Origin: Pedosphaera sp. | GTDB taxonomy: Bacteria; Verrucomicrobiota; Verrucomicrobiia; Limisphaerales; SIBH01 | NCBI GenBank assembly: GCA_031414955.1 | Contig: JANOQV010000102.1 | Coordinates: forward strand, 23,774 to 87,773 | Length of the DNA: 64,000 bases | Reading direction: 5' to 3' | Shown: positions 40,964 through 50,868 of the stretch, piece after piece | Position numbering within the stretch: position 1 is the stretch's first letter | How the letters are laid out: every line of letters begins with the position of its first letter | Notes under the pieces: model-generated | What the model was told of the DNA's origin: nothing | Databases searched by the model: none | The model's input: the letters and a program-made list of their open reading frames with translations, nothing else | Translations under genes and position numbers: made by a program

Positions 40964-41790
40964 GCCACGAAACCTTGATTCGTCAGCCAATCACTCAGCA
41001 CTTTGGCGGCTAACTCATCAGGCTCCATGTCCATCGACTTGGTAGCCTTTACGAGTGCTTTGCGAAGTTCCTCTGGCAGACTGATGATAAGGTTTTCCTC
41101 GACATGCTGCTTCATCGCGTGGTCAAGAATGTCCTCAGCCGATGCCTTGCGGTCGCGTTCTCCGTAAAAGACAAGTCGGCGCTTTTGGTGAGCAGTTGGC
41201 TTATACTCCATGATGAGTTCCAGCAGTTCCTCAGCCTTGTCCAAATTGTCTTGGGCTGCCCGTATTGCCCTCTTCACGTCGGCGGGAGAAACCTTGTGAG
41301 CTTTGAGCCAACCCTTCATTGCGGTCGTCGCCCGCGCTTCAATCAAAATGAAATCGCGAACTTTCCTCAGCGATAGTCCAGTTTCTTGCGACACTTTGCG
41401 GTCGTTTTTCCCGAACTTGTTGTAGAGATAGGTCACAGCTTTTGCTGTGTCATCATACTCAAGTTCGAGGCGCTGCATGTTTTCTACCAGCGAGCGGACA
41501 ACTGCCTCGGTTTGTGTCAGGTGCCCCACGAAGACTGCTTTAATCTTTGGCCATTCGAGAATCTGCTTGTGGGCCAAGAATCGACGCTGCCCGGAAATAA
41601 GCTCGTATGGAGGTTTGCCGAATTCGCCCATCAACACCACCGGCTGCAACAAGCCATGCCGTTTGATACTTGCGGCGAGTTCATCAAGGTCTTTTGTCGC
41701 GTCGCACAAGCGAACATTGTCGTTACTAACTTCAATGTCCTTTAGCGGAACCTCGAAGATTGCAGATACCTCGTGCTTGGGTAAGCTCAT
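40960..41790 (-). CDS. ParB/Spo0J-like protein (ParB_N CTPase + HTH + RHH-like tail)
   Basis: NVR, LAASIKRHGLLQPVVL, YELISGQRRFLA, SLVENMQRLEL. Confidence 0.85.
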   Translation of the reverse strand: MSLPKHEVSAIFEVPLKDIEVSNDNVRLCDATKDLDELAASIKRHGLLQPVVLMGEFGKPPYELISGQRRFLAHKQILEWPKIKAVFVGHLTQTEAVVRSLVENMQRLELEYDDTAKAVTYLYNKFGKNDRKVSQETGLSLRKVRDFILIEARATTAMKGWLKAHKVSPADVKRAIRAAQDNLDKAEELLELIMEYKPTAHQKRRLVFYGERDRKASAEDILDHAMKQHVEENLIISLPEELRKALVKATKSMDMEPDELAAKVLSDWLTNQGFVA

Positions 41791-41796
41791 AGTAAT

Positions 41797-42606
41797 TTAG
41801 AGTTGGCAAATCAGGCACGCCTTTGGGCCGTCGTCCTCTTCCTCCATCCCGGCCAGCACTTCGACGAGACGCTTGTTGCCACGGTTGGCTTTCCTGCGTT
41901 CCTCGTGTTCGGCGTAGCGACGCTTGATGCCCTCGATTGTGGCTGGCCTGCGTAGCTCGCTCAACGGCATCCCCTGAATCCAAGTGAAGGTCTTGCCGGG
42001 GTCGTCCGTGACCTTCTCGTATTTCATCGCCGCCTCGAACTGTTCGGGATGAGCTTCGAGCAATCGCACCCACTCAATCGGGCGTTGGAAAAAGCAGAAG
42101 TAGCAACCGGAGTGCGTCCGGCCCCACTTGAGATACGGAGGCATCCCGATGCCGCTGTCCTCCAAAATCTTCATCACGCCCGCGTAGCCGATGCCGTCTT
42201 CCTTGAACGGGAACGTCGGCTTGATGTTCGGCTTCGTGCTGATGTAGCCTGTCCTGTCTTCGTCAGCGCGGATGCCGACGTAGCTGACCACCGGCTCATC
42301 GCCGACGTATTCCTCGAAGGGCTTTAATTTGAGCAATTTCGTACACCAACGCATCTGCGGCGAAGGCAGGTAGCCGCCGAACACGTCGAGCCAGTGGTCA
42401 AATCCGGCCTTGGCGTTGAGCCTCACAATCTTCTTGCCCAAGAACGCCTCGACGCGGTTCAGGTATTCATACGTCTCGGTCAACTCCTTGTCGGTGTCGC
42501 AGAAGACGTATTCCATGTCCTTCACCCGGTCGCGCATGTAGAGCGCGAGGGCAGTGCTGTCCTTGCCTCCCGACATGCAGAGGATGTGCCGTGTGAGTTT
42601 GCTCAT
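41797..42606 (-). CDS. sspD: PAPS-reductase-family phosphorothioation protein, SspD-like
   Basis: SGGKDS, RWCT, GIRADE, SGCYFCF, C-terminal CLIC. Confidence 0.8.
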   Translation of the reverse strand: MSKLTRHILCMSGGKDSTALALYMRDRVKDMEYVFCDTDKELTETYEYLNRVEAFLGKKIVRLNAKAGFDHWLDVFGGYLPSPQMRWCTKLLKLKPFEEYVGDEPVVSYVGIRADEDRTGYISTKPNIKPTFPFKEDGIGYAGVMKILEDSGIGMPPYLKWGRTHSGCYFCFFQRPIEWVRLLEAHPEQFEAAMKYEKVTDDPGKTFTWIQGMPLSELRRPATIEGIKRRYAEHEERRKANRGNKRLVEVLAGMEEEDDGPKACLICQL

Positions 42607-45600
42607 GGTTTTGCTTTTTCAACTTTCTCCAACTTCGACCAGATGGCGCGTGATGCTGCGGCCAGACCGAGGCGCTTGTCCTTGGTCAGCAGTGCTTCAA
42701 ACTCAGTTTGCAGTTCCCGAAGTCGATTCTCTTCGTCCGCTGCGACATGGATGACCTGCTCATGCTCTGTGCCGTTGGCCTGCGTAATGGCGAGCCGAAT
42801 GCCCACGCCGTTCCTCGACGGTTTGCCGTCTACGAACACGATGCTCTCGACACGGTGAAAGCGTGTGGCCAGCGGAGCGAGTTCCTGAACGAACAAATCA
42901 TCTTCGGCGTCGTGCCACTTCGCAGGCGGCTTGAGCGCGAGGTAGCTGCCAAGCGATTCAAGCCAGTCGGACTCCGGCAGGTTGTCATCCATCAGCCGGA
43001 GGCAGAAGGCCCGGAGCTTCGGCTCGTTGACGCCGAGCACGACCTGCTCTGAGCGACGCGCCAGTGCCGACCGGAACTGCTGAAAGGAACCGGGCAGGTC
43101 GAACGCCTCGCGCAGCAATTTCCGTAGACGCTCCTGCAATTCCGGGAACGCGGCCCGCAGTTCATCGAGCGCAGTCTTCAATCCACGGATGAAAGCCTGA
43201 ACCTCCTTGCTTGCGGCGGTGTTGGCCGGGAACGGCTCGAACCCGCACGCTTTCGGCAGGTCGCTGAACAAAAGCTTTGAAGGTTCACGCGCCGCGAGGA
43301 TGGCGTCGCGCACGGCCAGCGCAGTAGACGAGAGCTTCTTGGTGTTGTGAACGTAGGCAGGCAGTTGGGCCACAAAAACGCAGAGCGGCTTCACCACATC
43401 CAGCAGCTCCGTGCGCCGTTCACCAGTCGGCTTGACCTCCAACACACTGAGCAGCTTCTCGAACAGTTCGGCACGGACACCCTCAATCTTGCAGTATTGA
43501 ATCTCGAACCGTTCCGGCTGTTTGGTCAGCACGAGCATGTGCTCGCCGGTCATCTCGCGCAGGAAGCTGCCATCCTTGTAGAAGGCAACGTCCTGTTCAT
43601 GCGCGATTGCGAACGCGGTAAGCAGCAAGGGGATCATTCCGTCGCGCACGCCGAATGGCGGATGCCGCAGTTCGGCGAACAGTTCGGAAATTTTGACGCG
43701 GGCATCCGGTTGGCTTTGCACTACGGCTCGAATTTTTCTGAGCGTGGGCAAGACGTTGCACTTCTTGTCGCGGTTGCCGTGTGGCTCGCCAATGCGCCAA
43801 CCGCCATCATGCTGCTGATGAATTCCCGTGTTCAACAAGACGGAGAGATACATGCTCATCTCCGGCGGCTTCTTGTCTGGATTCATGCCCAGCAGCGGCG
43901 ATTTGCCATCCGTAAACATCTTGAAGACGAGTCGCATCCGCGCCGCCGCCGCCGCCGAACTTAGGTTGCGTCGGTTGACGAGTTCGTTGTGGATGTGCGG
44001 TGCGTCCTCAAACGTGAGGTCACAGATACGCGATAGTTCAGCGAGCAGGTGGCGACCGTCTTTGACTTCGAGCGTCTTGCCCTGATGAAACCACGCGAGC
44101 GAAGTGCGTTCACCGAACTGTTTGAATCCGACCTGCGCCTGAATGCGGCGGTCCAACTGTGCTCGTGCGGCCTGACGCTGCCGCGAGACTTCCTCGCGAC
44201 CGTACTTGTCTCCGTTCAGTTCTGGCGTGCTCGTCGCGACCCAATCCCATCGCTGAACTTCCTGCACCAGGCCAGTGAGGTTGCTCAATGGCTGAGGCAC
44301 CGCCACAAGCCAGTTCCGACGTGCGGCGACCTCGTTCTGTTTCGCAAATTCAAGGGCCACGCTGCGCTCAGTTCCGGTTTCGCAGAGGGGCACGATGATG
44401 ACGCCATCCGCTCCGCCATCCTGCGCCGCGACCAATCCCGGCAGTTCAGCAATCGCGCAATAGCGCACATCGAAGTGTCGCAGGTTGCCGGTCTCGATGT
44501 AGTGCCTTCGGGCGACGATTGGGCGTGATTCGAGGTGCTGCTTGATGATTGATGCGACGCGCCGAGGCGTTTGCACTGCGCGTCGTGCATCGTCCAAGGC
44601 ACGTTCAAGATCAACTGAGGTGTGTGGCCACAGGCAAAACCCGCGACCACGACCACGGTCGTAAAGCACACGTTTGACCCGTTGCAGCTTTTCCAATGCG
44701 GCCCTGACCTGACGCTGCTGGGTGTGGTCTTCACCAGCCACGGCGCACACGATTGTCTCTTCGGACGCCAACAGGTCATCGTTGAGTAGATTCAGGAGGC
44801 CAACGGTTTTGAGTATCTGGATGTGAAGCGGTTCCTCGGTCGCGTAGCTCTCGATGACCGACTCGATTAGGCTCCAATGACTTCGGAAGCTGGCAACCGT
44901 CAGCTTGTGTCCGAAGTTAGTTCGCACGTAATCGAACAGGTTGCTGAGACGATACGGCTCCGCATTTTGCAGACGCTGCTCGCTGAAAGCCTGCAAACCG
45001 AACGGCTCGTTTGATAGGAGGAAGCTGAACAGGGAACGCTCGTTCTGTCCGAAGCGTTTGAACACGCGAATGAGAACGGGCAGCACCGTGGGATGCAGCG
45101 GATAAAGCCGTGCCGCCAAATCCACGAGCGGCTGTCGTTGGGCTGCGCCGAACCATCCGAGTTCGACGGCGCGTTGCATCGCATGACGCAACGGGGACTG
45201 CTGCCCCTTCGGTATGTGGTCAACCTGCACGTTGAGTGCTGAGGCGATGAGATGTCCGACCTGCTCAACCGGCTGATTGAAAACAATTTCCTCGAAGCGC
45301 CCCGCAACCTTTTCCCACTCGCGCTGTGCAGACTGATTTAGCTGGTCGGCGTAGGCGTTGAATCCTTGGTGCAACAGGCAGACGAGGAACAGCGGCTCGT
45401 TGCCGCTGCGCGATGCTGCTTCGGCCAACTTCTGCAACAGGAACACATCCTGTCGATGCGGACTGAGCGCGGCGAACTCAAGGAACTTGCCCAACTCGTC
45501 TACAAGAATCAGGAGGCCGTTGCCCTTGCCATCGGCGATGACTTGGGAATTCGCGTCGAGGATGGCCTCAACAATCTGCTCATCGCTCGGCTCAGTCTTC

Positions 45601-46070
45601 GCTTTGAGCAGTCGCTCAATCACTTCTGCGGGCTTCGCGTTCGCGCCTCTTTTGTAGACGGACGCGATGGCGCTGTGCAGAGCAGTGAGGATGGAAGTGG
45701 CGAGCGGCTTACGGGAGCAGGTGACGAGCACTGGCAGATAAACAGGCCGCGCCACGCCGAGCTTCTTGAAATCGAAAGCCCGCACAATCTGCGGCGCTTG
45801 CCTGTTGTCACGACCGGCAAGGACATTCGCGACCAGCAGAGCGAAGCTGGATTTCCCGGAGCCGTAATCGCCGGTGACGCGCCACGCCCTGCGCCCAGAC
45901 TTTGGCCGAAGGCCGTCGCTGATGCGCTCGCAGCACTCCTGAACAAAGTCAGTCTTCACGTAACCGGAAAGTGCAGCCGAGTCCTGAAAGTCGCGCTCAA
46001 GCTGAACCGAACGCAGGAACCGGCTCTTGATGTTGAAAACGTCTACAATGCGTCGTTCGCCCATGTTCAT
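42603..46070 (-). CDS. sspC: SspC/BrxC-like large P-loop ATPase
   Basis: RSVQLERD, GDYGSGKSS, LVDELGKFLE, YPLHP, QNERSLFSFL. Confidence 0.78.
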   Translation of the reverse strand: MNMGERRIVDVFNIKSRFLRSVQLERDFQDSAALSGYVKTDFVQECCERISDGLRPKSGRRAWRVTGDYGSGKSSFALLVANVLAGRDNRQAPQIVRAFDFKKLGVARPVYLPVLVTCSRKPLATSILTALHSAIASVYKRGANAKPAEVIERLLKAKTEPSDEQIVEAILDANSQVIADGKGNGLLILVDELGKFLEFAALSPHRQDVFLLQKLAEAASRSGNEPLFLVCLLHQGFNAYADQLNQSAQREWEKVAGRFEEIVFNQPVEQVGHLIASALNVQVDHIPKGQQSPLRHAMQRAVELGWFGAAQRQPLVDLAARLYPLHPTVLPVLIRVFKRFGQNERSLFSFLLSNEPFGLQAFSEQRLQNAEPYRLSNLFDYVRTNFGHKLTVASFRSHWSLIESVIESYATEEPLHIQILKTVGLLNLLNDDLLASEETIVCAVAGEDHTQQRQVRAALEKLQRVKRVLYDRGRGRGFCLWPHTSVDLERALDDARRAVQTPRRVASIIKQHLESRPIVARRHYIETGNLRHFDVRYCAIAELPGLVAAQDGGADGVIIVPLCETGTERSVALEFAKQNEVAARRNWLVAVPQPLSNLTGLVQEVQRWDWVATSTPELNGDKYGREEVSRQRQAARAQLDRRIQAQVGFKQFGERTSLAWFHQGKTLEVKDGRHLLAELSRICDLTFEDAPHIHNELVNRRNLSSAAAAARMRLVFKMFTDGKSPLLGMNPDKKPPEMSMYLSVLLNTGIHQQHDGGWRIGEPHGNRDKKCNVLPTLRKIRAVVQSQPDARVKISELFAELRHPPFGVRDGMIPLLLTAFAIAHEQDVAFYKDGSFLREMTGEHMLVLTKQPERFEIQYCKIEGVRAELFEKLLSVLEVKPTGERRTELLDVVKPLCVFVAQLPAYVHNTKKLSSTALAVRDAILAAREPSKLLFSDLPKACGFEPFPANTAASKEVQAFIRGLKTALDELRAAFPELQERLRKLLREAFDLPGSFQQFRSALARRSEQVVLGVNEPKLRAFCLRLMDDNLPESDWLESLGSYLALKPPAKWHDAEDDLFVQELAPLATRFHRVESIVFVDGKPSRNGVGIRLAITQANGTEHEQVIHVAADEENRLRELQTEFEALLTKDKRLGLAAASRAIWSKLEKVEKAKP

Positions 46071-47131
46071 CCCTCCTGCCGGTAAATCTCGTTGAGCAAA
46101 TCGGAATTCTTGCGCTGGCCCTGCCGTCGCACAGTTTGCAGGTTGGCCGACTCTGCATAAGAGAAGAAGTTCTTCGTCTGCCGCGCCAGTGCGTCCACCC
46201 GCGTCCTGATGTCGTCCTCCGGCAATTTGAAAATCTGACCGGGACTGCCGTGGCCGTGGGCAACTTCACGGAGGGGCAAGCTGTTCTCCGATGCCTCGTG
46301 GCGTTTGTTCCAGAAGTCGTTGAGGGCGTAGACGAAAAGTTCAGGAGTGATGTCAGGTTTTTCTTCCCGCCGAAAAGCGTAGACGGGTTCGGCGCGTCCC
46401 TCACCCTTGTCCACGGGACGCTCGCCCACGCGGATGATGAGTCCCAACTCGGTGAGCGGGGAGTCGAGGTTGTCTTCTTGAACCTCACCCTTCCGTCCAC
46501 GAGTCGGAAAGTAGCTGTGGAGGAACGTGTCCCAGTGCTGGTCGATGGTGACTCGCGAGAGCGTTTCATCCTGCCGCCCGGCCTCTTTTTGCATCGCACT
46601 GATGACGACGCTGGGCACCAATTCCGGCTCTTGCCAGCGGTTGAGCAGGTAGTCCCATGCGAGCAACGGACTCTTTACGTCGGTCGAAAGATTCCAGTGG
46701 ATGAGCCAGAGGGTGCGAATGTCCTCCATGAACTCGTCATGCCCGCCCTCGCCCAGCAGCGCCCGGCCAAAATCACTTACGGCGTGCCCTGTTCCTTTGG
46801 TGGTGGTTGTCACCACACCCGCAACTTGCGCCCAAAACCTGATTGAACGGGCCATGTTCTTTCCCACGCCGAGGGCGACCATCGTGTCATCTTCCTCCTT
46901 GGCGGTGAACAGCTTGGGGTTGGCCTGCAAGCCGCGCACGGCCTTGGGCAACCAAGTGTAACGGCACGCAAAAGACTCGTGCCCGGAAATGCGGTATGGC
47001 GTTGTGGCGGTCATCCGTTCAGCGGTTTCAGAGGGTGAGGATGTTCTGCGGCCAGAACGGTGTCCAGAGCCGATTCGGAAAGCAGGCGGTTCCGAGAACC
47101 GCGTTCGATTTTTCATCTTCGATGCACTCAT
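46067..47131 (-). CDS. sspB: DUF4007-family protein, SspB-like (start may be 47014)
   Basis: SGHESFACRYTWLPK, LGVGKNMARSIRFW, TLWLIHW, DSPLTELGL. Confidence 0.8.
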   Translation of the reverse strand: MSASKMKNRTRFSEPPAFRIGSGHRSGRRTSSPSETAERMTATTPYRISGHESFACRYTWLPKAVRGLQANPKLFTAKEEDDTMVALGVGKNMARSIRFWAQVAGVVTTTTKGTGHAVSDFGRALLGEGGHDEFMEDIRTLWLIHWNLSTDVKSPLLAWDYLLNRWQEPELVPSVVISAMQKEAGRQDETLSRVTIDQHWDTFLHSYFPTRGRKGEVQEDNLDSPLTELGLIIRVGERPVDKGEGRAEPVYAFRREEKPDITPELFVYALNDFWNKRHEASENSLPLREVAHGHGSPGQIFKLPEDDIRTRVDALARQTKNFFSYAESANLQTVRRQGQRKNSDLLNEIYRQEG

Positions 47132-47221
47132 TCGCGCCGTGACCCTAGCAGGCGAGGTCGGTCAAATACCGTCCTACCCCTGAACAGAAAAAGAGGGAAT
47201 TTCAGGGCCGTGAGGGCGCAA

Positions 47222-47794
47222 CTACGACCAGCCCAAACCGCGATTCAGCGTGTCGTCAGCAATCCCCATCGCCGCCAAGAGCAAACCGGCCTGCGCCTTG
47301 AGCGCGGGCGGCGCTGCTTGAGGCGGAAGGATTTCGGCGAACCTTCCCTCGAAGTTGCTGAACTCCGGCATGTCGGATACGCCGAAGCCGAAGAAACCTC
47401 CAACGTCCGTGCGGATGATAGGCAGAAACTTTTGTCGTTTTGCGCCCCGCGCTTCCCCGGCCAGCACGACAATCTCCTTGCGGTCGATGGCCTCGGACGG
47501 CGCTTCATCAGGGTCGAGTGTTTCGCCCGGCGCGGCCATCTTCATCCACGATTCCAGAATCAAGACCACGGCAGTCGCGTCGTTGGCGATACAGATGAGG
47601 CGGGCGGTGTTCGCGAAGTTATTTTTGGCGCGGTCATCGCCCATCGACTCAGGCAGGTAAAACAACAAGCCCTTTGGCGACACGGCCATGACGGTGGGCG
47701 GGACGCGGCCAGCTTGCCGCATCGAGAACAGTGCGAAGTCCTCGGCCTGCGCGAGCAGGTCGTCGAGCGTCGTTGGTGTCTGGCCGGATGGCAT
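47222..47794 (-). CDS. Hypothetical protein
   Basis: 190-aa ORF with typical codon usage. Confidence 0.6.
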   Translation of the reverse strand: MPSGQTPTTLDDLLAQAEDFALFSMRQAGRVPPTVMAVSPKGLLFYLPESMGDDRAKNNFANTARLICIANDATAVVLILESWMKMAAPGETLDPDEAPSEAIDRKEIVVLAGEARGAKRQKFLPIIRTDVGGFFGFGVSDMPEFSNFEGRFAEILPPQAAPPALKAQAGLLLAAMGIADDTLNRGLGWS

Positions 47795-47945
47795 CGCTGC
47801 CTGTGAGCTTTCAGAATGTGCGTGGGGTAGGCAAGCGCCACGGCGACGACTCGGCCCGAAAGCGAAACTTCCCTGTCATGCCGAACGTGGGACGCCATCT
47901 CGTCCCGCTACCATGATTCCATAGCTCCGCGCACGTATTTACATC

Positions 47946-48935
47946 ATGGTCATGTCCTTCATTGTCGGCCCGGAGCAATCGCCCACCAGTTCCACGGGGA
48001 ACAAGCCGAAGCCGCCTCCGGCGTTGTGCCAGCGTCTCGGCCAGCACTGCTCTGAGCTAATCGACTACCGGCTTCTGTATCGGCTTCATCATCAGACCGA
48101 GCCAGAACACATCTGGTCGCTCATCAGCAAGGTCGTCGCGTTGGAGCAACCGCGCTGCCGTCGCCAACGTGACCAGTGGCGGCTGTTCGCGTATGAGCGG
48201 GTCAAGATGATGTTGCGCGTGGGCATTGCCGAGCGCGTGCAGCGCCACTACGTCCGGGTCGGGCCGCTCATCCCTGAGTGGCGTCGCGATGTGGGGAGTG
48301 CGCGGCTGCGGCCTGTGGGACGGCGACCGTCCCGCAGGAAGGAAATGCGAAAAGCGCCGAGAATTGGCGCTTACGCCAAGGTGCCGGTGCTCGAAAACCG
48401 AAAGCGTATCGAGCCGCCTGCTGCGCCTGTAAATCACCCCGCACACCGAGAACCCGATGCGGCGGTGATGCCGAACGAGAGCACACCGCATCAGGCGCAG
48501 TCCGTGGCTCCGCTGGACGTTGGTCTAGCCGCCAAGCGGCTTGCGGCGCACCGGTGGGAGCTTAGTCATCGCTTCATCCTGCCGCTGCACGGCCAGCGGG
48601 TTCGTGCCCATCAGGCAGTGCTACTCCCTGATGGCACCGAGGCCCGGCTCGTCGCTTCCTTAAAGGGAACTGTGGTCGTCTGCGTCGGTGATGTGCTGCG
48701 GCTGGATGAAAACGAAATCCTGCGCCGTCGCGAACACGAACTCCGGCTCATCAAGAATTCGAGCGCGGTCGCGCTTGGTCGCAGGAAGCTGGGACGACGT
48801 GAGTGCCCAAGTCCACGCAAGGCTGAGTCGTGCAGAATCAACGGTCGGCGTCCTGTGCGCCCCGGTTCACGACCTCGCGGACGGCCAACAGGTAAGCGTC
48901 AGGCGGACTTTGTGGCTTCCGTCAGTGCAGGGTGA
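47946..48935 (+). CDS. Hypothetical basic protein
   Basis: 329-aa ORF with no recognisable motif. Confidence 0.4.
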   Translation: MVMSFIVGPEQSPTSSTGNKPKPPPALCQRLGQHCSELIDYRLLYRLHHQTEPEHIWSLISKVVALEQPRCRRQRDQWRLFAYERVKMMLRVGIAERVQRHYVRVGPLIPEWRRDVGSARLRPVGRRPSRRKEMRKAPRIGAYAKVPVLENRKRIEPPAAPVNHPAHREPDAAVMPNESTPHQAQSVAPLDVGLAAKRLAAHRWELSHRFILPLHGQRVRAHQAVLLPDGTEARLVASLKGTVVVCVGDVLRLDENEILRRREHELRLIKNSSAVALGRRKLGRRECPSPRKAESCRINGRRPVRPGSRPRGRPTGKRQADFVASVSAG

Positions 48936-49348
48936 AATTTCAGACCTCGGTAGCCACGGACGAAACGACCGTGCTCGCCACGAACCGAGCACGACAACTT
49001 TGACCCGAAGAGGCGGAGCATTATGGGCGGCAGCATCCGCCGCACCTGTGCGGTGGAAAGTTGATGTCCTTCATCTGAGAGCACCGCGCAAAGCCCCTCC
49101 GCCATTGCGGAAGCTGCGAAGCCCTCGTTGCCCTTGCAAAAGGTCGCGAGCAGTTCAGCTTCCACGAGCTTTTCATGTTCAGGCCGAACCGGTGCGGTGG
49201 AGCGTGGCTGGGACGCGGCATCGAGGTCGCAAGCTACGGCCTCAAGTTGTCCAGCGACCTGCGTCAGCGCGTCGAGAATGGTGGCGAGCTGATGAACCGG
49301 GACGCCTGCGTGTCCCGCCAGTGATGATGATGCGTTGCTCATGGACAT
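48899..49348 (-). CDS. Hypothetical protein, possible winged-helix C-terminus
   Basis: Ends ...RFVRGYRGLKF, similar to wHTH wing segments of mobile-element proteins. Confidence 0.45.
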   Translation of the reverse strand: MSMSNASSSLAGHAGVPVHQLATILDALTQVAGQLEAVACDLDAASQPRSTAPVRPEHEKLVEAELLATFCKGNEGFAASAMAEGLCAVLSDEGHQLSTAQVRRMLPPIMLRLFGSKLSCSVRGEHGRFVRGYRGLKFHPALTEATKSA

Positions 49349-49545
49349 AACTACGAGGGTCGCGTCCGACGACGGGACGCACAGCCAAGCGCGGTGTCCC
49401 GACCGCGTGGCCGACAACGCAAGGCACCCTCGGTTCCACGGGAAGCTGCACTTATGGATGTCGACGCCGGAGACTGAACACATCAAGTCTCAGCCAAGTC
49501 GCTTGCCTGAATTCACCACAAGTTTGCGCTCGTCGTCAGAAGGCG

Positions 49546-50814
49546 TCACGCAGTCACCCGCAGAGCTTGTTTGCTCAGGGCAATCTTCTCCTTCAACGTA
49601 AGCGGGCGCTTCGGCTCCAACTGAACGGGTGCCGGAGGCAGTTGCTCCGACTGCTTCGTTTCGGGTTCGGCCTGTTCACTCTCAAGCGACAGTTTCACTT
49701 CGGCGGCGTCACGTCGGAGGAACTCGACACAGAAGGCATCAAAGTTGCCCGCGACTGCCATGTAGTGCCCCGTATGGAATACGTGCCGAAGCGCGGCGAC
49801 GTATACGCCAGAGGTCGGCTCCGAAGTGCGGAGTGCAGTGAGGTCTTGTTCAAGCCGTGGCCGGTCTGCGTCAGGCAATGTATACTTTTTACGGAAAACG
49901 GGCAGTGCCAGTCCGGCAGGCTGAGTGACGGGGGCGTGCCCGCTCTCAGCGGACTGCTCAACGTCACGGACTCCATCTTGTGCTTTACGGGACGATTGGG
50001 CTGCATCCTCGGTTGCGGTTTCTTTGTTGCCTACGAGGCTCAGAGCCACCGACTCGACGCCCTCGCTAGTCGTGACCACGCGGACTGCGAAAAACTCTGA
50101 GCAGGCCGATGCCGCCGCTGCCTGCATCTCGACGGCAGAAACGCCAGATGCTTTCGCATACTCACGTTCAAGGAACTGCGTCAGCGCCGCCTTGAACACT
50201 TGAGCGTCGAACTGTGCTGCCGGTGCCGAGGTCTTGTCGTCCGCGACTGACGGTGACTCCGGTTCAGGCGCATCTGCTGGTGCCGCCGCTGCTGCCCTCG
50301 TGGCCTTCTTGGGATGCGCGTCTAGCTTCGACCGCACAAAGTTCCCGGCATCCGCGCTGGTCATTGTGGGAGTGATTTCCCCGGCCTTGATGCCCCGTTC
50401 GATGACCGCCACTTCCAGTGCCGCCAGCTTGTCCAAGCTGCGAAGGCTGTTCGGCAAAATCGAGCAGTTGCTCGGATTTGAAAGCGCGGGGTGCGCGGCG
50501 ATACGCATGAACATCTCGGCTGTTCGCTGGTCGGTTCTCACAAGCCTTGATTTGAACATCGCTCCGAAGCCGCCGTGTCCAAGCGCCTTCTTGGCGGCGA
50601 TAAGTTCGTTGCCCAGCGCGAGGATTGCTTCCTGCCCCTTGCGAAGTCGCTGGTTTATTTTGTCGGCCCATTCTGCTTGAGCCGCATCTAAAACAGATGG
50701 GGTAAGGCCCGTGGGTTCGGTTGGTATGGCGGTCGATGCCGCTGCTTTTGTTTTCTGGATTACCGGCGCAACGGGGTGCGCCAGCTTCGGTGTGTTGGTT
50801 ATGTTAGATTTCAT
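49546..50814 (-). CDS. DUF3102-like mobile-element protein
   Basis: LGNELIAAKKALGHGGF...RTAEMFMRIA. Confidence 0.65.
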   Translation of the reverse strand: MKSNITNTPKLAHPVAPVIQKTKAAASTAIPTEPTGLTPSVLDAAQAEWADKINQRLRKGQEAILALGNELIAAKKALGHGGFGAMFKSRLVRTDQRTAEMFMRIAAHPALSNPSNCSILPNSLRSLDKLAALEVAVIERGIKAGEITPTMTSADAGNFVRSKLDAHPKKATRAAAAAPADAPEPESPSVADDKTSAPAAQFDAQVFKAALTQFLEREYAKASGVSAVEMQAAAASACSEFFAVRVVTTSEGVESVALSLVGNKETATEDAAQSSRKAQDGVRDVEQSAESGHAPVTQPAGLALPVFRKKYTLPDADRPRLEQDLTALRTSEPTSGVYVAALRHVFHTGHYMAVAGNFDAFCVEFLRRDAAEVKLSLESEQAEPETKQSEQLPPAPVQLEPKRPLTLKEKIALSKQALRVTA

Positions 50815-50868
50815 GTCATCTTGAAGAACTGGCCTGATGGCCTGCGCGGTGGAAAAATCTTCATGCGG

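Noticed and set aside
40960..41790. Ordinary ParAB partition locus
   Set aside because: No ParA and no evident parS array; the gene is coupled inside a defence operon.
41797..47131. BREX type 4 assignment
   Set aside because: It shares DUF4007, ATPase and PAPS reductase, but no PglZ or BrxL is visible and F/G/H-like genes follow.
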